A stretch of 64,000 nucleotides of DNA, taken from positions 256,001-320,000 of the forward strand of contig CAWJTV010000036.1 in the NCBI GenBank assembly GCA_963845755.1, in the 5' to 3' direction. The position numbers were made by a program, and so were the translations under genes. Positions 10,663 through 21,450 of this stretch are shown piece by piece (the first letter of the stretch is position 1; each line of letters opens with the position of its first letter). Under the pieces are notes generated by a model, which ran no database searches, had not been told where the DNA came from, and saw nothing but the letters and a program-made list of their open reading frames with translations. This DNA comes from an uncultured Planctomycetota bacterium. Its GTDB lineage: Bacteria > Planctomycetota > Planctomycetia > Isosphaerales > Isosphaeraceae.

Positions 10663-11778
10663 ATGGACGAGCTCGATATCCGGCTATTGAAGCGTGAGGA
10701 GCTGCCGCAGGAGGTCTTCCCCGGCGGGCGGAGCGAGCCGTTCCGCGTGTTCTTCACGCCCGAGGTCCACGCCGCGCTCTGGAAGCATGCCTGCGAGGAT
10801 ACCTCGGTCGAGATCTGCGGGGTGCTGGTCGGGAGCTGGCATCGCGACGAGGTCGGGCCATTCGTCAAGATCGTCGACTCGATCCGCGGCGAGGGGGCCA
10901 AGACCCAGTTTGCCGAGGTGACGTTCACCCACCAGACCTGGGCGAAGATCAACAGCGAGATGGATACGAAATTCGCCGCGCTCAAGATCGTGGGCTGGTA
11001 CCACACCCACCCGGACTTCGGGATCTTCCTCTCGGATCGCGACCGGTTCATCCAGGAAAACTTCTTCTCCGGGCCGGGCCAGATCGCCCATGTGATCGAT
11101 CCGATCCGCAAGATCGAGGGGGTCTTCGTCTGGCAGAAGAACCAGCCGAGCCTCACCGAACACTTCTGGGTCGGCGACCGCATCGTGACCGGCCTGCCCG
11201 CCGGCGCGGAAGGTTCGGGCGAATCGGCCGGCGATCGTCGCCGAGGCGGGCCGACGGGCGGAGGGACAGGGACCGCACGAGCGCCGGGGTCCGCCGCGCA
11301 AGGCCGCCCCGACGACCCGCTCCCGCCCATGGGGCGGCTCCTGATTTATGGTGGTGTCTTCCTCGTCGGCTACCTGCTGGCTACGCTGTATTCGGGGTGG
11401 GAGCGCCAGCGATTCGTCGAGAGCATGCTGGCGAGCAACGGCGTCGCGTCTCTCCTCCGCCTGGGCCTTTCCGATCAGCTCGATCGATTGCAGCGCGACC
11501 TGGTGGGGGTCGGCGGACCGCTCGATGCCGCGCAGGCCAAGGCCCAGCAGGCGGATTCGGCATTCGGAGAGATTCGCGACCAGTTGAGGGGCGCCTCACG
11601 GCGGATCGAGGACATCAAGGTCCGGTATGGAAATACCGCGACCGAGGACGAGTACCTCCGCCGATTCCTGCTCGAGAAGTATGCCGAGACCGCGCGGGGC
11701 CGGGAGTCGTCGGCCCCGCCGGTCGCCAAGGATCCGCCGCCGTCGCCGGCTGCACCCACCGAGGCCAAGAAGCCATGA
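10663..11778 (+). CDS. JAB/MPN+ (Mov34) metallopeptidase with TM segment and C-terminal helical region
   Basis: EICGVLVG...GWYHTHPDFGIFLSDRD complete JAMM motif; hydrophobic LLIYGGVFLVGYLLATLY. Confidence 0.9.
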   Translation: MDELDIRLLKREELPQEVFPGGRSEPFRVFFTPEVHAALWKHACEDTSVEICGVLVGSWHRDEVGPFVKIVDSIRGEGAKTQFAEVTFTHQTWAKINSEMDTKFAALKIVGWYHTHPDFGIFLSDRDRFIQENFFSGPGQIAHVIDPIRKIEGVFVWQKNQPSLTEHFWVGDRIVTGLPAGAEGSGESAGDRRRGGPTGGGTGTARAPGSAAQGRPDDPLPPMGRLLIYGGVFLVGYLLATLYSGWERQRFVESMLASNGVASLLRLGLSDQLDRLQRDLVGVGGPLDAAQAKAQQADSAFGEIRDQLRGASRRIEDIKVRYGNTATEDEYLRRFLLEKYAETARGRESSAPPVAKDPPPSPAAPTEAKKP

Positions 11779-11847
11779 CCACGATCCCCCGTCGAGAGAT
11801 CGAGAGCCTGTGGAAGAATCGATTCAAGATCGCAAATTCGAGGTAGA

Positions 11848-11888
11848 AATAAATGTAATTTCTTCTGATATAGCAGATTACATTTATT
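11848..11888. repeat. AT-rich perfect 12-bp inverted repeat with 17-bp spacer
   Basis: AATAAATGTAAT (11848-11859) / ATTACATTTATT (11877-11888). Confidence 0.7.
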
Positions 11889-11950
11889 GAATCTTGAATC
11901 TCGAATGTTCCATTCGATCCCTTCGCGGCTTCCCAGAGGAGACCCGGCCC

Positions 11951-13021
11951 ATGTCCGCGCCCATGTCACAGGAGCCGCTCCGACTGACCGAGGAGGACCT
12001 GTTCGCCCCCAAGGTGGACGCGTTCCTGGACGAGCAGTCCATGCTGAGCCGGGCGCTGCCCGAGATCGAAACGCAACCGTGGATCCTCCGCGTGGTCTAC
12101 TCGAGCTACTTCTACCTCAGCCTGGCCAGCGGGCTGGGTGCGTTCGTGGGGTGGATGATCTTCGAGCCGTTCATCAGCGACCGGGAGATCGGCGAGAACT
12201 TGATCGGACTCCTGCTCTTTCCGACGGTCGCGGGCTTCGTGGGGCTGTTCCTGGGCGCGGCGGAGGGGATCATGTGCCGCAACCTGCCGCGGGCCGCGAT
12301 CAGTGCCTTGGTCGGACTGGGAATCGGCTTCGTGGGCGGCTTGATCGTGATCATCCCCGCCGGCATCATCTTCGCGATCATGAAAGGGATCATGTTCCGA
12401 TTCTGGACGAACCCCCAGAAAGGTGAGATGCCGACGGGCATCGCCCTTCTGATCTTCATGATGGGCCGGGGCGCGGCCTGGAGCCTGGCGGCGATCCCCG
12501 CCGGGATCGGCCAGGGGATCGCGCTACGTGAGTCGAAAGTGATCCTCAACGGCCTGCTCGGCGCCGTGCTCGGCGGCCTGTTGGGCGGCCTGGTGTTCGA
12601 CCCGATCTCCATCATCATCCCCCCGACCGATGGCGAGGCCTGGCTCAGTCGCGCCATCGGACTGACCCTGATCGGGCTCATGGTCGGCCTGTTCGTCGGC
12701 ATCGTCGAGCAATGGACCAAGTCGGCCTGGCTCCTGATGCGGGCCGGCCCGCTGGCCGGCAAGCAGTTCGTCATCTTCCGCAACCCGACCGTGCTGGGCA
12801 GCTCGCCCAAGGCCGAGGTCTACCTGTTCAAGGACGAGGCGATCGAACCGCGCCACGCCCTGATCCACGACCGCGGCGGCCGCTTCGAAATCGAGGACCT
12901 CAAGACGGCCGACGGGACCTACGTCAACGGCATCCCCGTCCAGCGGCAGATCCTCAAGTCCGGCGATCGGATCGTCCTCGGCAAGACCGTACTGGAATTC
13001 GCCCTTCGGGATAGTAAGTAG
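11951..13021 (+). CDS. Multi-pass membrane protein with C-terminal FHA domain
   Basis: About 6 Gly-rich hydrophobic helices, then LGSS...RHALI...DLKTADGTYVNG...GDRIVLG. Confidence 0.85.
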   Translation: MSAPMSQEPLRLTEEDLFAPKVDAFLDEQSMLSRALPEIETQPWILRVVYSSYFYLSLASGLGAFVGWMIFEPFISDREIGENLIGLLLFPTVAGFVGLFLGAAEGIMCRNLPRAAISALVGLGIGFVGGLIVIIPAGIIFAIMKGIMFRFWTNPQKGEMPTGIALLIFMMGRGAAWSLAAIPAGIGQGIALRESKVILNGLLGAVLGGLLGGLVFDPISIIIPPTDGEAWLSRAIGLTLIGLMVGLFVGIVEQWTKSAWLLMRAGPLAGKQFVIFRNPTVLGSSPKAEVYLFKDEAIEPRHALIHDRGGRFEIEDLKTADGTYVNGIPVQRQILKSGDRIVLGKTVLEFALRDSK

Positions 13022-13025
13022 AGTT

Positions 13026-13106
13026 TTCCGTGTTCCGTGTTCCGTGTTCCGTGTTCCGTGTTCCGTCTTCCGTGTCCGGTGTTCATTGACTGACCACTGA
13101 CCACTG
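13026..13106. repeat. Heptamer tandem repeats (GTGTTCC)n and (CACTGAC)n
   Basis: About 6 copies of GTGTTCC followed by ACTGACC units, intergenic. Confidence 0.85.
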
Positions 13107-13122
13107 AAAAAAGGACCACCCC

Positions 13123-13689
13123 ATGCCGATCTCGTTCTCGTGTTCGAAATGCGGCAAGAAGCTCAAGGCGCCGGACAGTGCGGCGGGCAAATCCTCGAAG
13201 TGCCCGCAATGCGGATCCTCGGTGACGTGTCCGGAACCGGTCTACGACGCAGAACTCGTGGAACCGCCCGGCGGCGTGGACCCCTACGGCGATCTCGACT
13301 CGGACAAGCCCTATGCCGTGGCCACTCCCGCCTCGTCCGCGGCTCCAGCGTCGGAGACCGACGGCCGTCGCCCCTGTCCGATGTGCGGCGAGATGATCGT
13401 GGCCACGGCCGCCAAGTGCCGCTTCTGCGGCGAAGTCTTCGACGCGACGCTCAAGAAGGCGAAATCCAAGAAGAAGAAGAAATATAGTTCGGATGAGGCG
13501 GACCTATCGACGGGGGACATCGTCGTTGGCCTGCTCTGCTCCGTGATCGGCTGTATCGCCGGGCTCGTCTGGATGATCCAGGGGAAGCCCAAAGGGCTAA
13601 AGATGGTGGGTTTGTCGATCGTCGCCGATATCGTGAAGTCGGTGATCTGGGCGATCATCCAATCGAATCAACACGGAGGCGCGGGGTAA
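13123..13689 (+). CDS. Double zinc-ribbon protein with C-terminal TM hairpin
   Basis: CSKC..CPQC and CPMC..CRFC pairs; Lys stretch; two hydrophobic segments. Confidence 0.8.
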   Translation: MPISFSCSKCGKKLKAPDSAAGKSSKCPQCGSSVTCPEPVYDAELVEPPGGVDPYGDLDSDKPYAVATPASSAAPASETDGRRPCPMCGEMIVATAAKCRFCGEVFDATLKKAKSKKKKKYSSDEADLSTGDIVVGLLCSVIGCIAGLVWMIQGKPKGLKMVGLSIVADIVKSVIWAIIQSNQHGGAG

Positions 13690-13833
13690 TGAGGATGGTG
13701 AGGCACCCGTCATCCGCCGCGCATCCGATCACCGGCTACGGTCGCCGACGAACCGCGGCTTGAATTGCCCGGAGCCAGGGCGTTTCTCGCCGGGCGCCGA
13801 CTTGGTCGGACCCGTTCTCAACGGAGGTCGTTC

Positions 13834-14670
13834 ATGATCATTGGACTGGCGTCACCCTGTGTTGCCTCATCACTCGATGCGGGTCTGGACAAGATCAAGA
13901 CGTTCCTGTCCGAAGCGTCCTCCCAGGGCGCGGCGATCGTGTGTTTCCCGGAAGCCTATCTCCCCGGCTTGCGGGGAGTGGGTATTGACGTGTTACCCTT
14001 CGGTCAATCGGAGACACGCGCGGGTACTCGAGGTTGTGGCGCAGTCGGCGCGAGCGTATTCGGTCGCCGCGATCCTCGGGACGGAACGGCTCACGGGTGC
14101 GGGTCGGCAGATTGCCGCCTATGTCATCGACGCCCAGGGCCGGATTCAGGGATACCAAACCAAGAACCAACTGGACCCATCCGAAGATCCGTTCTATGTG
14201 CCGGGAAACACCCGGCAACTCTTTGAAATCGACGGGTTGAAGTTCGGCGTGGCGATCTGTCATGAGGGCTGGCGCTATCCCGAGACGGTGCGCTGGGCGG
14301 CGGCGCGGGGCGCCAGATCGTCTTTCATCCGCAGCACACGGGGAGCGATCAGGAAGGCGTCTGTCCCACGCAGTGGGGCGCGGCCGGCGGACCCTACTAC
14401 GAGAAGGCCATGATGTGTCGCGGCCTGGAAAACACGATCTACTTCGCCAGCGTCAATTATGCGTTGCGCTTCCAGGAATCGGCGACAAGTCTTATCGACC
14501 CGTCGGGCCAGTGTCAGGCGTACTTACCCTATGGGCAGGAAGGCGTCCTGGTGCAGGCCATCAACGTCGAGGAAGCAACCGGTTTGCTCGCCAAGCGGTA
14601 CGCACCCGAGCGTTATCAAACCTCCGAGGAAACGGCCCAGAAGCCCATGGCGGCGATGCAGAGGGAATGA
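13834..14670 (+). CDS. Carbon-nitrogen hydrolase (nitrilase superfamily), frameshifted twice
   Basis: VCFPE, QTK and AICHEGWRYPE (E-K-C triad) spread over three frames; ENTIYFASVN. Confidence 0.85.
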
Positions 14671-14747
14671 GTCGCCGAGGCCATGGTGCGGGAAATGATC
14701 GTCTTCCTCCGTAGGATCCCTCGCCGTGCGCGCATCTGGGGGAGCCT

Positions 14748-14841
14748 TGATTCCGAATTCCGGATTCCGGATTCCGAATTCCGGATTCCGGATTCCCGAA
14801 TCCTTCTTTATCCGGAATCCGGAATCGGGAATCCGGAATCC
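14748..14841. repeat. Heptamer repeats (TTCCGGA/TTCCGAA)n arranged as an inverted pair
   Basis: ttccgaattccggattccgg... followed by the complementary ggaatccggaatc...; lies between convergent genes. Confidence 0.8.
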
Positions 14842-14858
14842 CTCGTCCTATCCGAGAA

Positions 14859-15881
14859 TCACCGGCGGTTTTCGTTGACCGCGTGGGTCTTGGTGACGGG
14901 TGCGACGGTCGAGCTTCCGGCACTGGTCCGGCCGTTGAGGGATCGACCGCCGGATCGACCACTAAGGCGAGACTGTCGCAGTTCGGAGAGTGCGACGATG
15001 GTGTCCAGCCGGTGGTCGAGCAGGAGCTGACGGATGCTCTCGCGCGAGGCGAAGACGCCCATGCGGTGCCCGCGGACCAGTTCGGCGTGTCCCACGCACA
15101 CCCCGATCAGCTCGCCGTTGTCGAGGAAGAGGCCCCCGCCGGATCGGCCGTGCTCGGGGGCTTGGTTGGTGATGAAGAAGAGGCGTTCGTCGTGGCTTTC
15201 ATTGAGCTCGAACCAGAGGGATTCCACCAGTCGCGTGCTCCAGCTCGAGAGCTTGGTCCCCAGGTCGATCCCGATCGAGATTACCAGCGAATCGGCCGCC
15301 GGCTCCGGGTGGCTGGGGGCCAGCCGGGCCACATAGGGCAGCGCGGGGATCTTCTCGATGCGCAGGATGGCCAGGTCGGCGGCCGGGTCGGTGGCCGCCA
15401 CGAAGGCGTTGAGGGATCGCGGCCAGGGCTTCGGTGTGGGTCGCGATCGTTCCTGTCCGAGATTGTATCGGTGCAACTCGACGATGATCGGCCCGCGCTC
15501 CTGGACGACGTGGGCGGCGGTCAGGACGAGGGTCTCCCCATCGATCGAGGCGATGATGGTCCCGCTGCCCTGCGAGGTGCCCCGTCGCACCACCACGGTC
15601 GGACGGAAGGTCCAATCGTCGGAGGGGAGCACGCTCTTGGACGGATCCACCGGCGCGGCGGGCCGATCTGTACGAGTGGCCGGGCGCGCCGTCTGGGGCG
15701 AAAGGGGCGGCGCACTCGTCCGCGGCCTGGCCTCCGACCCGGTCCCCTGTGCCGCAATCGCTTGACCCCCGCTGCATGCCCAGAAAGCCATGCCGACCAC
15801 GGCCATGATCGGGATCACTGCCGCGACCTCAGCGGCCTGCGCGACCCCATGCCGAGCTCGCCGACGATTCCCAATCATCAT
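14859..15881 (-). CDS. Trypsin-like (S1) serine protease, secreted
   Basis: LTAAHV, DLAIL, GRSGGGLF; N-terminal hydrophobic segment. Confidence 0.85.
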   Translation of the reverse strand: MMIGNRRRARHGVAQAAEVAAVIPIMAVVGMAFWACSGGQAIAAQGTGSEARPRTSAPPLSPQTARPATRTDRPAAPVDPSKSVLPSDDWTFRPTVVVRRGTSQGSGTIIASIDGETLVLTAAHVVQERGPIIVELHRYNLGQERSRPTPKPWPRSLNAFVAATDPAADLAILRIEKIPALPYVARLAPSHPEPAADSLVISIGIDLGTKLSSWSTRLVESLWFELNESHDERLFFITNQAPEHGRSGGGLFLDNGELIGVCVGHAELVRGHRMGVFASRESIRQLLLDHRLDTIVALSELRQSRLSGRSGGRSLNGRTSAGSSTVAPVTKTHAVNENRR

Positions 15882-16244
15882 CGATCACGGCTCCTTTCTG
15901 CCCTCCTGTCCTGCCGAGCTGACAGACCGCCCACGCCCGGCGCGCATCGGATCAATGTTGACGATCTCCCGGCCTTCTTGCAAGCCCTCGCCCGCCGATC
16001 GCCCGCGCGCTCCCGCCCGGTTCGAGGCAGCCCCGCGGCCCACCGGCCGGACCGGCGGTCGCCTCGATGGGAAGTGGACAACCGGTGTTGAATAAATCCA
16101 CCGCTCGGCGAGAGACTCTTGCACCGTCATCTCCGAAATGATTCAATCCCGGAGTTAGCTCGACGGGCCGGGCTCGTCCAGTGAACGGGAGATCGGATTC
16201 GCAGGATGCCCCGATCCAGAACCGACGGCGGTACTTCTTGAGGG

Positions 16245-16745
16245 ATGTTGATCATGGTGTTATCGAATCGAATCGGCTCGCGTACGTCCGGGACCGGCCT
16301 GACCATCCTCCTGGTCGTGGCCCTCTGGGCGGGTTTCAGCCTGGGCGGGGGCGCTGTCCTCGCACTGGGTGATGACGACAAGTCTTCATCCGAGGTGCTC
16401 AAATCCTTGAAAGGCACCTGGGTCTCGGAGTCGGATGAGATTGATTCCAAATGGACCTTCGAAGGAGAGACGCTCAAGGCGAGCGTCAACGGGATCGACT
16501 ACACCTGCAAGGTCAAGGTCGACGCGAAGGCCAAGCCCCACGCGACCGTGGACTTCCTCATCAACGAGGGCCCCGAGGACGCCAAGGGGAAGACCTCGCA
16601 GTGCATCTACAAGCTCGACAAAGAGAAGCTCACGCTCTGTGTCTCCCTGCCCGGCAAGGACCGGCCCAAGGAATTCGAGCAGGCCGAAGGTGAAGCGTTC
16701 CTCTTCAAGCTGAAGAAAGAAAAGTCCGGCGAGAAGAAGGATTGA
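16245..16745 (+). CDS. TIGR03067-type planctomycete domain protein
   Basis: LKGTW...IYKLDKEKLTLCVSLPGKDRPKEF; signal peptide. Confidence 0.8.
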   Translation: MLIMVLSNRIGSRTSGTGLTILLVVALWAGFSLGGGAVLALGDDDKSSSEVLKSLKGTWVSESDEIDSKWTFEGETLKASVNGIDYTCKVKVDAKAKPHATVDFLINEGPEDAKGKTSQCIYKLDKEKLTLCVSLPGKDRPKEFEQAEGEAFLFKLKKEKSGEKKD

Positions 16746-16775
16746 ACGGCCAAGCCTGGACCATTGGGGTTCTGC

Positions 16776-16819
16776 GGGAGTGCGAGGCGGGTTCGATGAA
16801 CGGTTCGCCTCGCCCTCCC
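16776..16819. repeat. REP-like hairpin (GGGAG(T/G)GCGA..CTCGC(C/A)CTCCC family)
   Basis: Inverted arms; related copy at 19809-19873. Confidence 0.55.
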
Positions 16820-17322
16820 CGAGCGTTCCTTTCCCGTATTGTTGCGCCTTGCGGGCTACTGTAAGTTGACCTTTCCTGCGATTGCGCCGGCTGTCCTCTC
16901 ATCGCTCGACGTCACTCGACTCTCGTTGCGCAACCGACAATTCTCACGCTCTCGGCCAGACACTTCGAGTCCATCGCGTCCCGGCTGAGCCTGTGGCCCT
17001 GGAACCCGTCGGTCCGGACCGCCGAACCTCCGGCGATTCCGATCGCACACAGCCAATCCGTTCCTCGTGCAACGCTCCGGCGACTTGCGACACGCAGGGT
17101 AAGGGTTCGGTTTGTCCCTGTAAAGGGTGCACGAGATGCTCCCGTAGAAGCCCACCGGGTTCTCCGTCGAAGCCGTCGGGCGTCGCCTCGATGAATTGAG
17201 GCTCGAATGGATCAGACGGAAAACTCGAACCGAGACAGTTTTTGAGACACGGACTCCCAGCGAGGGCGTACTGGTAGCGGATCGACGACTCGCGATGCGC
17301 AAGCCTAGGAGGAGGGCGGCGA

Positions 17323-18050
17323 ATGAAGCTCCCCGGAACGATCACACGCATCATTCGCGACCTGGAGAGCACCGAGCAATTGCGACGCGATGCCGCCGTG
17401 CGAGAACTCTGGGAACGGTTCTTCGCCGACTTGACGGCCTATGCTCGAAAACGCTTGAAGGCGATGAATGCATCGCGAGGTCCGGCGGACGAGGAGGATG
17501 CCGCCTCGCGAGCCTTCATGAAGGTCTGCCGCGGAATCGAGCCGCGGTCAGCTCAAACTGGCCAACCGAGTGGACCTGACGAAGGTCCTGCGGTCGGCCA
17601 CCGCGCGAGAGGTGTTCACGCTGCTCAGCCGGTCAAAGGGATCGGGTGGGCGGCCCATCGACGACATCGCCCTGGGCCAGGTCGTCGACCCGGCCCTTCC
17701 GCCCGACCTCCTCCTCCTGGCCTTCGACGCCTGCCAGCGTCTGCTCGACCTGCTCGAGACCGACGATGTCCGACACGTCGCCATCTGGAAGCTGGCCGGT
17801 CACACCAACGAGGCGATCGCGGTCAAGCTCGACTGCTCGGCAGCCACGGTCGAGCGCACCTTGTCCCACATCCGAGAGACCTGGAGGCGGTCATGGGGCG
17901 ACGCCGTGCCCCGCGGGCCGGCGAAGCCCGGACCTCGACGCGGCTCGAGCGCGCGCGGCGAATCCCATCGCGTCCCCGCTTCCGGGCGTCGATGACATGG
18001 ACGCCGATGCTGCGGCCAGGCTCCTTCGCGACCTCGCCGGGCTGACGTGA
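17323..18050 (+). CDS. Planctomycete-type ECF sigma factor, frameshifted
   Basis: LWERFF..L..YARKRL..DEEDAA, then VAIWKLAGHTNEAIAVKLDCS..TVERTL (region 4) in the next frame. Confidence 0.8.
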
Positions 18051-18179
18051 TCGCGTGGCCAATCTCGCCTGTGGACCGACTCACCTCTTTCCTCATGATC
18101 CGCATCATGCGAGGCTAGCATCAGCCGCCAGCGGTGCAGGCCGGCGAGCGTCCGCATCGCGCGAGCGGTTCGTGCCCGA

Positions 18180-19773
18180 ATGGGCGTCCAGAAAGCGAGG
18201 CGGATCATGAGGTTGATGTCGCGGGCAGGCTGGCTTGGGGTTGTCGTGGGGCTCGCTGGACTCGTCCCGCGGGCCGGTGCCGCGGAGGGACCCGAGCCGA
18301 TCATCTACGCGATCCGATTCCCGGCGGCCGGCCAGCATATCGCCGAGGTCGAGGCCACGGTCCCGACTCAAGGGCGCCCGGAGATCGCCCTCATGATGGC
18401 GGTCTGGTCGCCGGGATTCTATCGCCTCGAGGACTACGCCCAGAAGATCCAGGGCCTCTCGGCACGGGCCACGAACGGGGCGGCGCTGGGGGTCGAACAT
18501 CCCCAGAAGAACCGCTGGACCATCACGAACACGGGTGGCGGTCCGAAGGTGGTCGTGACGTATCGGCTCACTTGCGATCGCCGGTCCGTCACCACGAACT
18601 GGGTCGGCGAGGACCTCGTCGTCTTGAACGGGGCGGCAACTTGCGTCACGCTGGTCGAGCCGGTCCGCCGTCCTCATGAAGTCCGGCTCGAGTTGCCGGC
18701 TCGTTGCAAGCGTTCGGCGACGGCGATGGATCCGGCCCCCGACGGCCTGCCGAACCACTATCGCGCCGAGGACTATGACACGCTGGTCGATTCGCCGATC
18801 GTCGCCGGAGACCTGTCGATCCACGAGTTCTCGGTCGATGGCAGTCAGCACATCCTCGCGGATGCCGGCGAGGTCGGCCAATGGGACGGCGAGCTCGCGG
18901 CGCGCAATCTGGAGAAGATGGTCGGCGAGGCGCGTCGCTTCTGGGGTTTCTTGCCGTTCCGGCGATACGTCTTCCTCAACGTGTTCCGCCCCGGCGGCGG
19001 CGGGCTGGAGCACAAGAATTCCACGCTGTTGACCGCGAGTCCCCGAGGCGGGAGGGAGCCGGGCTCCGTGCGCTGGCTCTCCTTCATCAGCCACGAGTAT
19101 TTTCATGCGTTCAACGTCAAGCGACTGCGGCCGATCGAGCTGGGACCGTTCGACTACGAGCACCCGCCGTTCAACCAAGAGCCTCTGGATCGCCGAGGGC
19201 CTCACCACCTATTTCGGCGACCTGATCATCAGCCGCGCCGGGCTCGCCAGGCCGAACGACCTCCTGGGCATGCTGTCCTCGCACATCGGGCAACTCCAGA
19301 ACTCGAAAGGACGGCTCGTCCAGACGCTCGAGCAGGCGTCCCTGGACGTCTGGGCCTCCGGGACTTCCGGAGTGGGACGGGACCCCGCCACCAAGCTCAG
19401 CTACTACGTCAAGGGGCCCGTCGTCGGCTTCCTGCTCGACGCCCGGATCCGTCGCGCGACCGGCGGCAAGAAGAGCCTGGATGATGTGATGAGGCACGCC
19501 TACAATCGCTATTCGGGCGACCGTGGTTTCACTCCGGAGCAGTTCCGCGCCGTAGCCGAGGAAGTTGCTGGTGTCGACCTCAAGGAGTGGTATCACAAGG
19601 CGATCGCCTCGACCGAGGAGCTGGATTACCAGGAGGCTCTCGACTGGTTCGGCCTGCGGTTCGCCCCCTCGGACGATCCGTCCAAGGGCTGGAAGCTCGA
19701 GATCCTCGCGGAGGCCACGGAGACGCAGAAAGCACATCTTCGGGCCTGGGCCGAGGCCGCTGGCGGATCTTAG
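18180..19773 (+). CDS. M61 family (glycyl) aminopeptidase, frameshifted ~19170
   Basis: WSPGFY, LVDSPI, GGLEH, SHEYFHAFNVKRLRP, LWIAEGLTTY, SYYVKG. Confidence 0.9.
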
Positions 19774-19808
19774 TATCCGCACTACAGAGAAACGGCCTGG
19801 AATTCCCT

Positions 19809-19873
19809 CGGGAGGGCGAACCTCCGTGCGAGCCGGCATTAACAAGAGGCTCGGACGAGCCTCGCACTCCCGA
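19809..19873. repeat. REP-like hairpin (same family as 16776)
   Basis: cgggagggcgaa ... ctcgcactcccg. Confidence 0.55.
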
Positions 19874-19955
19874 ATTCCGATCCCCATTTCCGTGGAGTGG
19901 TACTTATCGAAAACAAATTCTCAGATCGCTCTCTTTCTTTGGAAAGGCATCTCCG

Positions 19956-21308
19956 ATGAATATGAGTGACAGCTCCCAGGCGAGCCCGCAAACCCCGTCT
20001 GCCGGTGACGCATTCCCACAGCCCGGCCCGGCTGCCGACTCTTCTCTGGAGGCGAAACCATCGAGGCCCCGGCGCTCGATCCTCCGGAGGCTCTCCGGTC
20101 ACTGGTGGCGGATTCTCCTGCTCTGGCTGGTGGTGTCCACTCCCCTGGCCTATATGATCTACGTGGTCGTCGAGCCGACCTACGAGGCATTCAGCTTGCT
20201 CCAGGTTGAGCCAACGAAGACGATGCTCTTCTCGGTTGATGTGCAAGGCATCGCCGACCGCAGGGACGACGAGCCCTACCTCCAGACGCAAGTGCAACTG
20301 ATCACCAGCGATGTAGTGCTCGACCAGGCCCTCTCCCGTGACGCCCGGATCGCCAGGCTCCCGATGATCAAGGAGTCGGAGGACCCGAAGGCCGATCTTC
20401 GCAAGAAGATGGAGGTCGGGATCGTGAACAAGAACACCTACCTGATCCGGGTCGCCCTGGCCTCCGGGAATCCCGAAGAGGCGGCCATGATCGTCAACGC
20501 GGTGGTCAACGCCTACATGGATCAGCATACCGAGTATCACCGGTCCGCCAACAAGGCGCTCCACAAGAGCTTGGCCGAGGAGCTCGAGAAGCTGGCCAAG
20601 GAGATCCTTGAGAAGAAGAACGAGCTGAAGAACCTGGACCATGGGGCCGCCATCGCGAGCCATGTGATGACACGGCCGGTTGCCGCGAAGAAGGACGACC
20701 TGGGAATCCCGTCGCTCGATGTCATCTCGGAAGAGCAGTTTGCCAGGGTGGTCGACCGATTGTCCCAGGCCGACCTCGAACTGATCGATGCCCAGGCGAA
20801 GCTCGAGACGGCCAGGCTCGCCCGGAAAGCCCGCGAGGCCAGACCGGACGATCAACCCGCGATTGCCGAAGGCTCGAAGCAGGCGGCCGAGGAGAAGATC
20901 CAGGAGCAGGAGGCTGCCGTAGAGGAGATCAAGAGGAAACGGATCGGCTACTTGCAGTACCTCGAGAAGGCGAAGGTTCAAACCCGTTTCAAGAACAACG
21001 ACACCCTCGCCGCGGGGATGGTGAACCAGGAGCTGTCGAGCTTGCTGAAGATGCAGGAGATCATCAACCAGAAGCTCGAGCAACTGAATTTCGAGACCAA
21101 GCAGGACGTGTATCGCATCTCTCAGCACGACCGTGCGGGAGTGCCGAAGGTCCCTTCGAATAATATGCGACTCAGGTACATGGCCGCGGCGCCCGTGGGC
21201 GTCCTGTTCCTGATTCTCGGCTGGTTTCTGATCGTGGAGATCAAGGCAGGGCCGGTCGCCGATCCGAAGGAGCTGTCCTCGAGGAAGTACACGACCCGCG
21301 AACTTTGA
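19956..21308 (+). CDS. Wzz/GumC-like polysaccharide chain-length determinant protein
   Basis: TM-PTYEA..LQV, YLQTQVQLITS, long coiled coil, Pro motif and second TM. Confidence 0.75.
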   Translation: MNMSDSSQASPQTPSAGDAFPQPGPAADSSLEAKPSRPRRSILRRLSGHWWRILLLWLVVSTPLAYMIYVVVEPTYEAFSLLQVEPTKTMLFSVDVQGIADRRDDEPYLQTQVQLITSDVVLDQALSRDARIARLPMIKESEDPKADLRKKMEVGIVNKNTYLIRVALASGNPEEAAMIVNAVVNAYMDQHTEYHRSANKALHKSLAEELEKLAKEILEKKNELKNLDHGAAIASHVMTRPVAAKKDDLGIPSLDVISEEQFARVVDRLSQADLELIDAQAKLETARLARKAREARPDDQPAIAEGSKQAAEEKIQEQEAAVEEIKRKRIGYLQYLEKAKVQTRFKNNDTLAAGMVNQELSSLLKMQEIINQKLEQLNFETKQDVYRISQHDRAGVPKVPSNNMRLRYMAAAPVGVLFLILGWFLIVEIKAGPVADPKELSSRKYTTREL

Positions 21309-21450
21309 CAGTCCTTGGAACAACGAGGATGGCGCACGGAGCCGAAACTCCGACTCCGGCCACCTCGTGCAGTTGGGGCCGAGGAGACGAAAGAGGCGGG
21401 AACGCGTTCGATCAGTGCGCAGTCACGTTTGCGTTGCGAACCGGGCAGTC

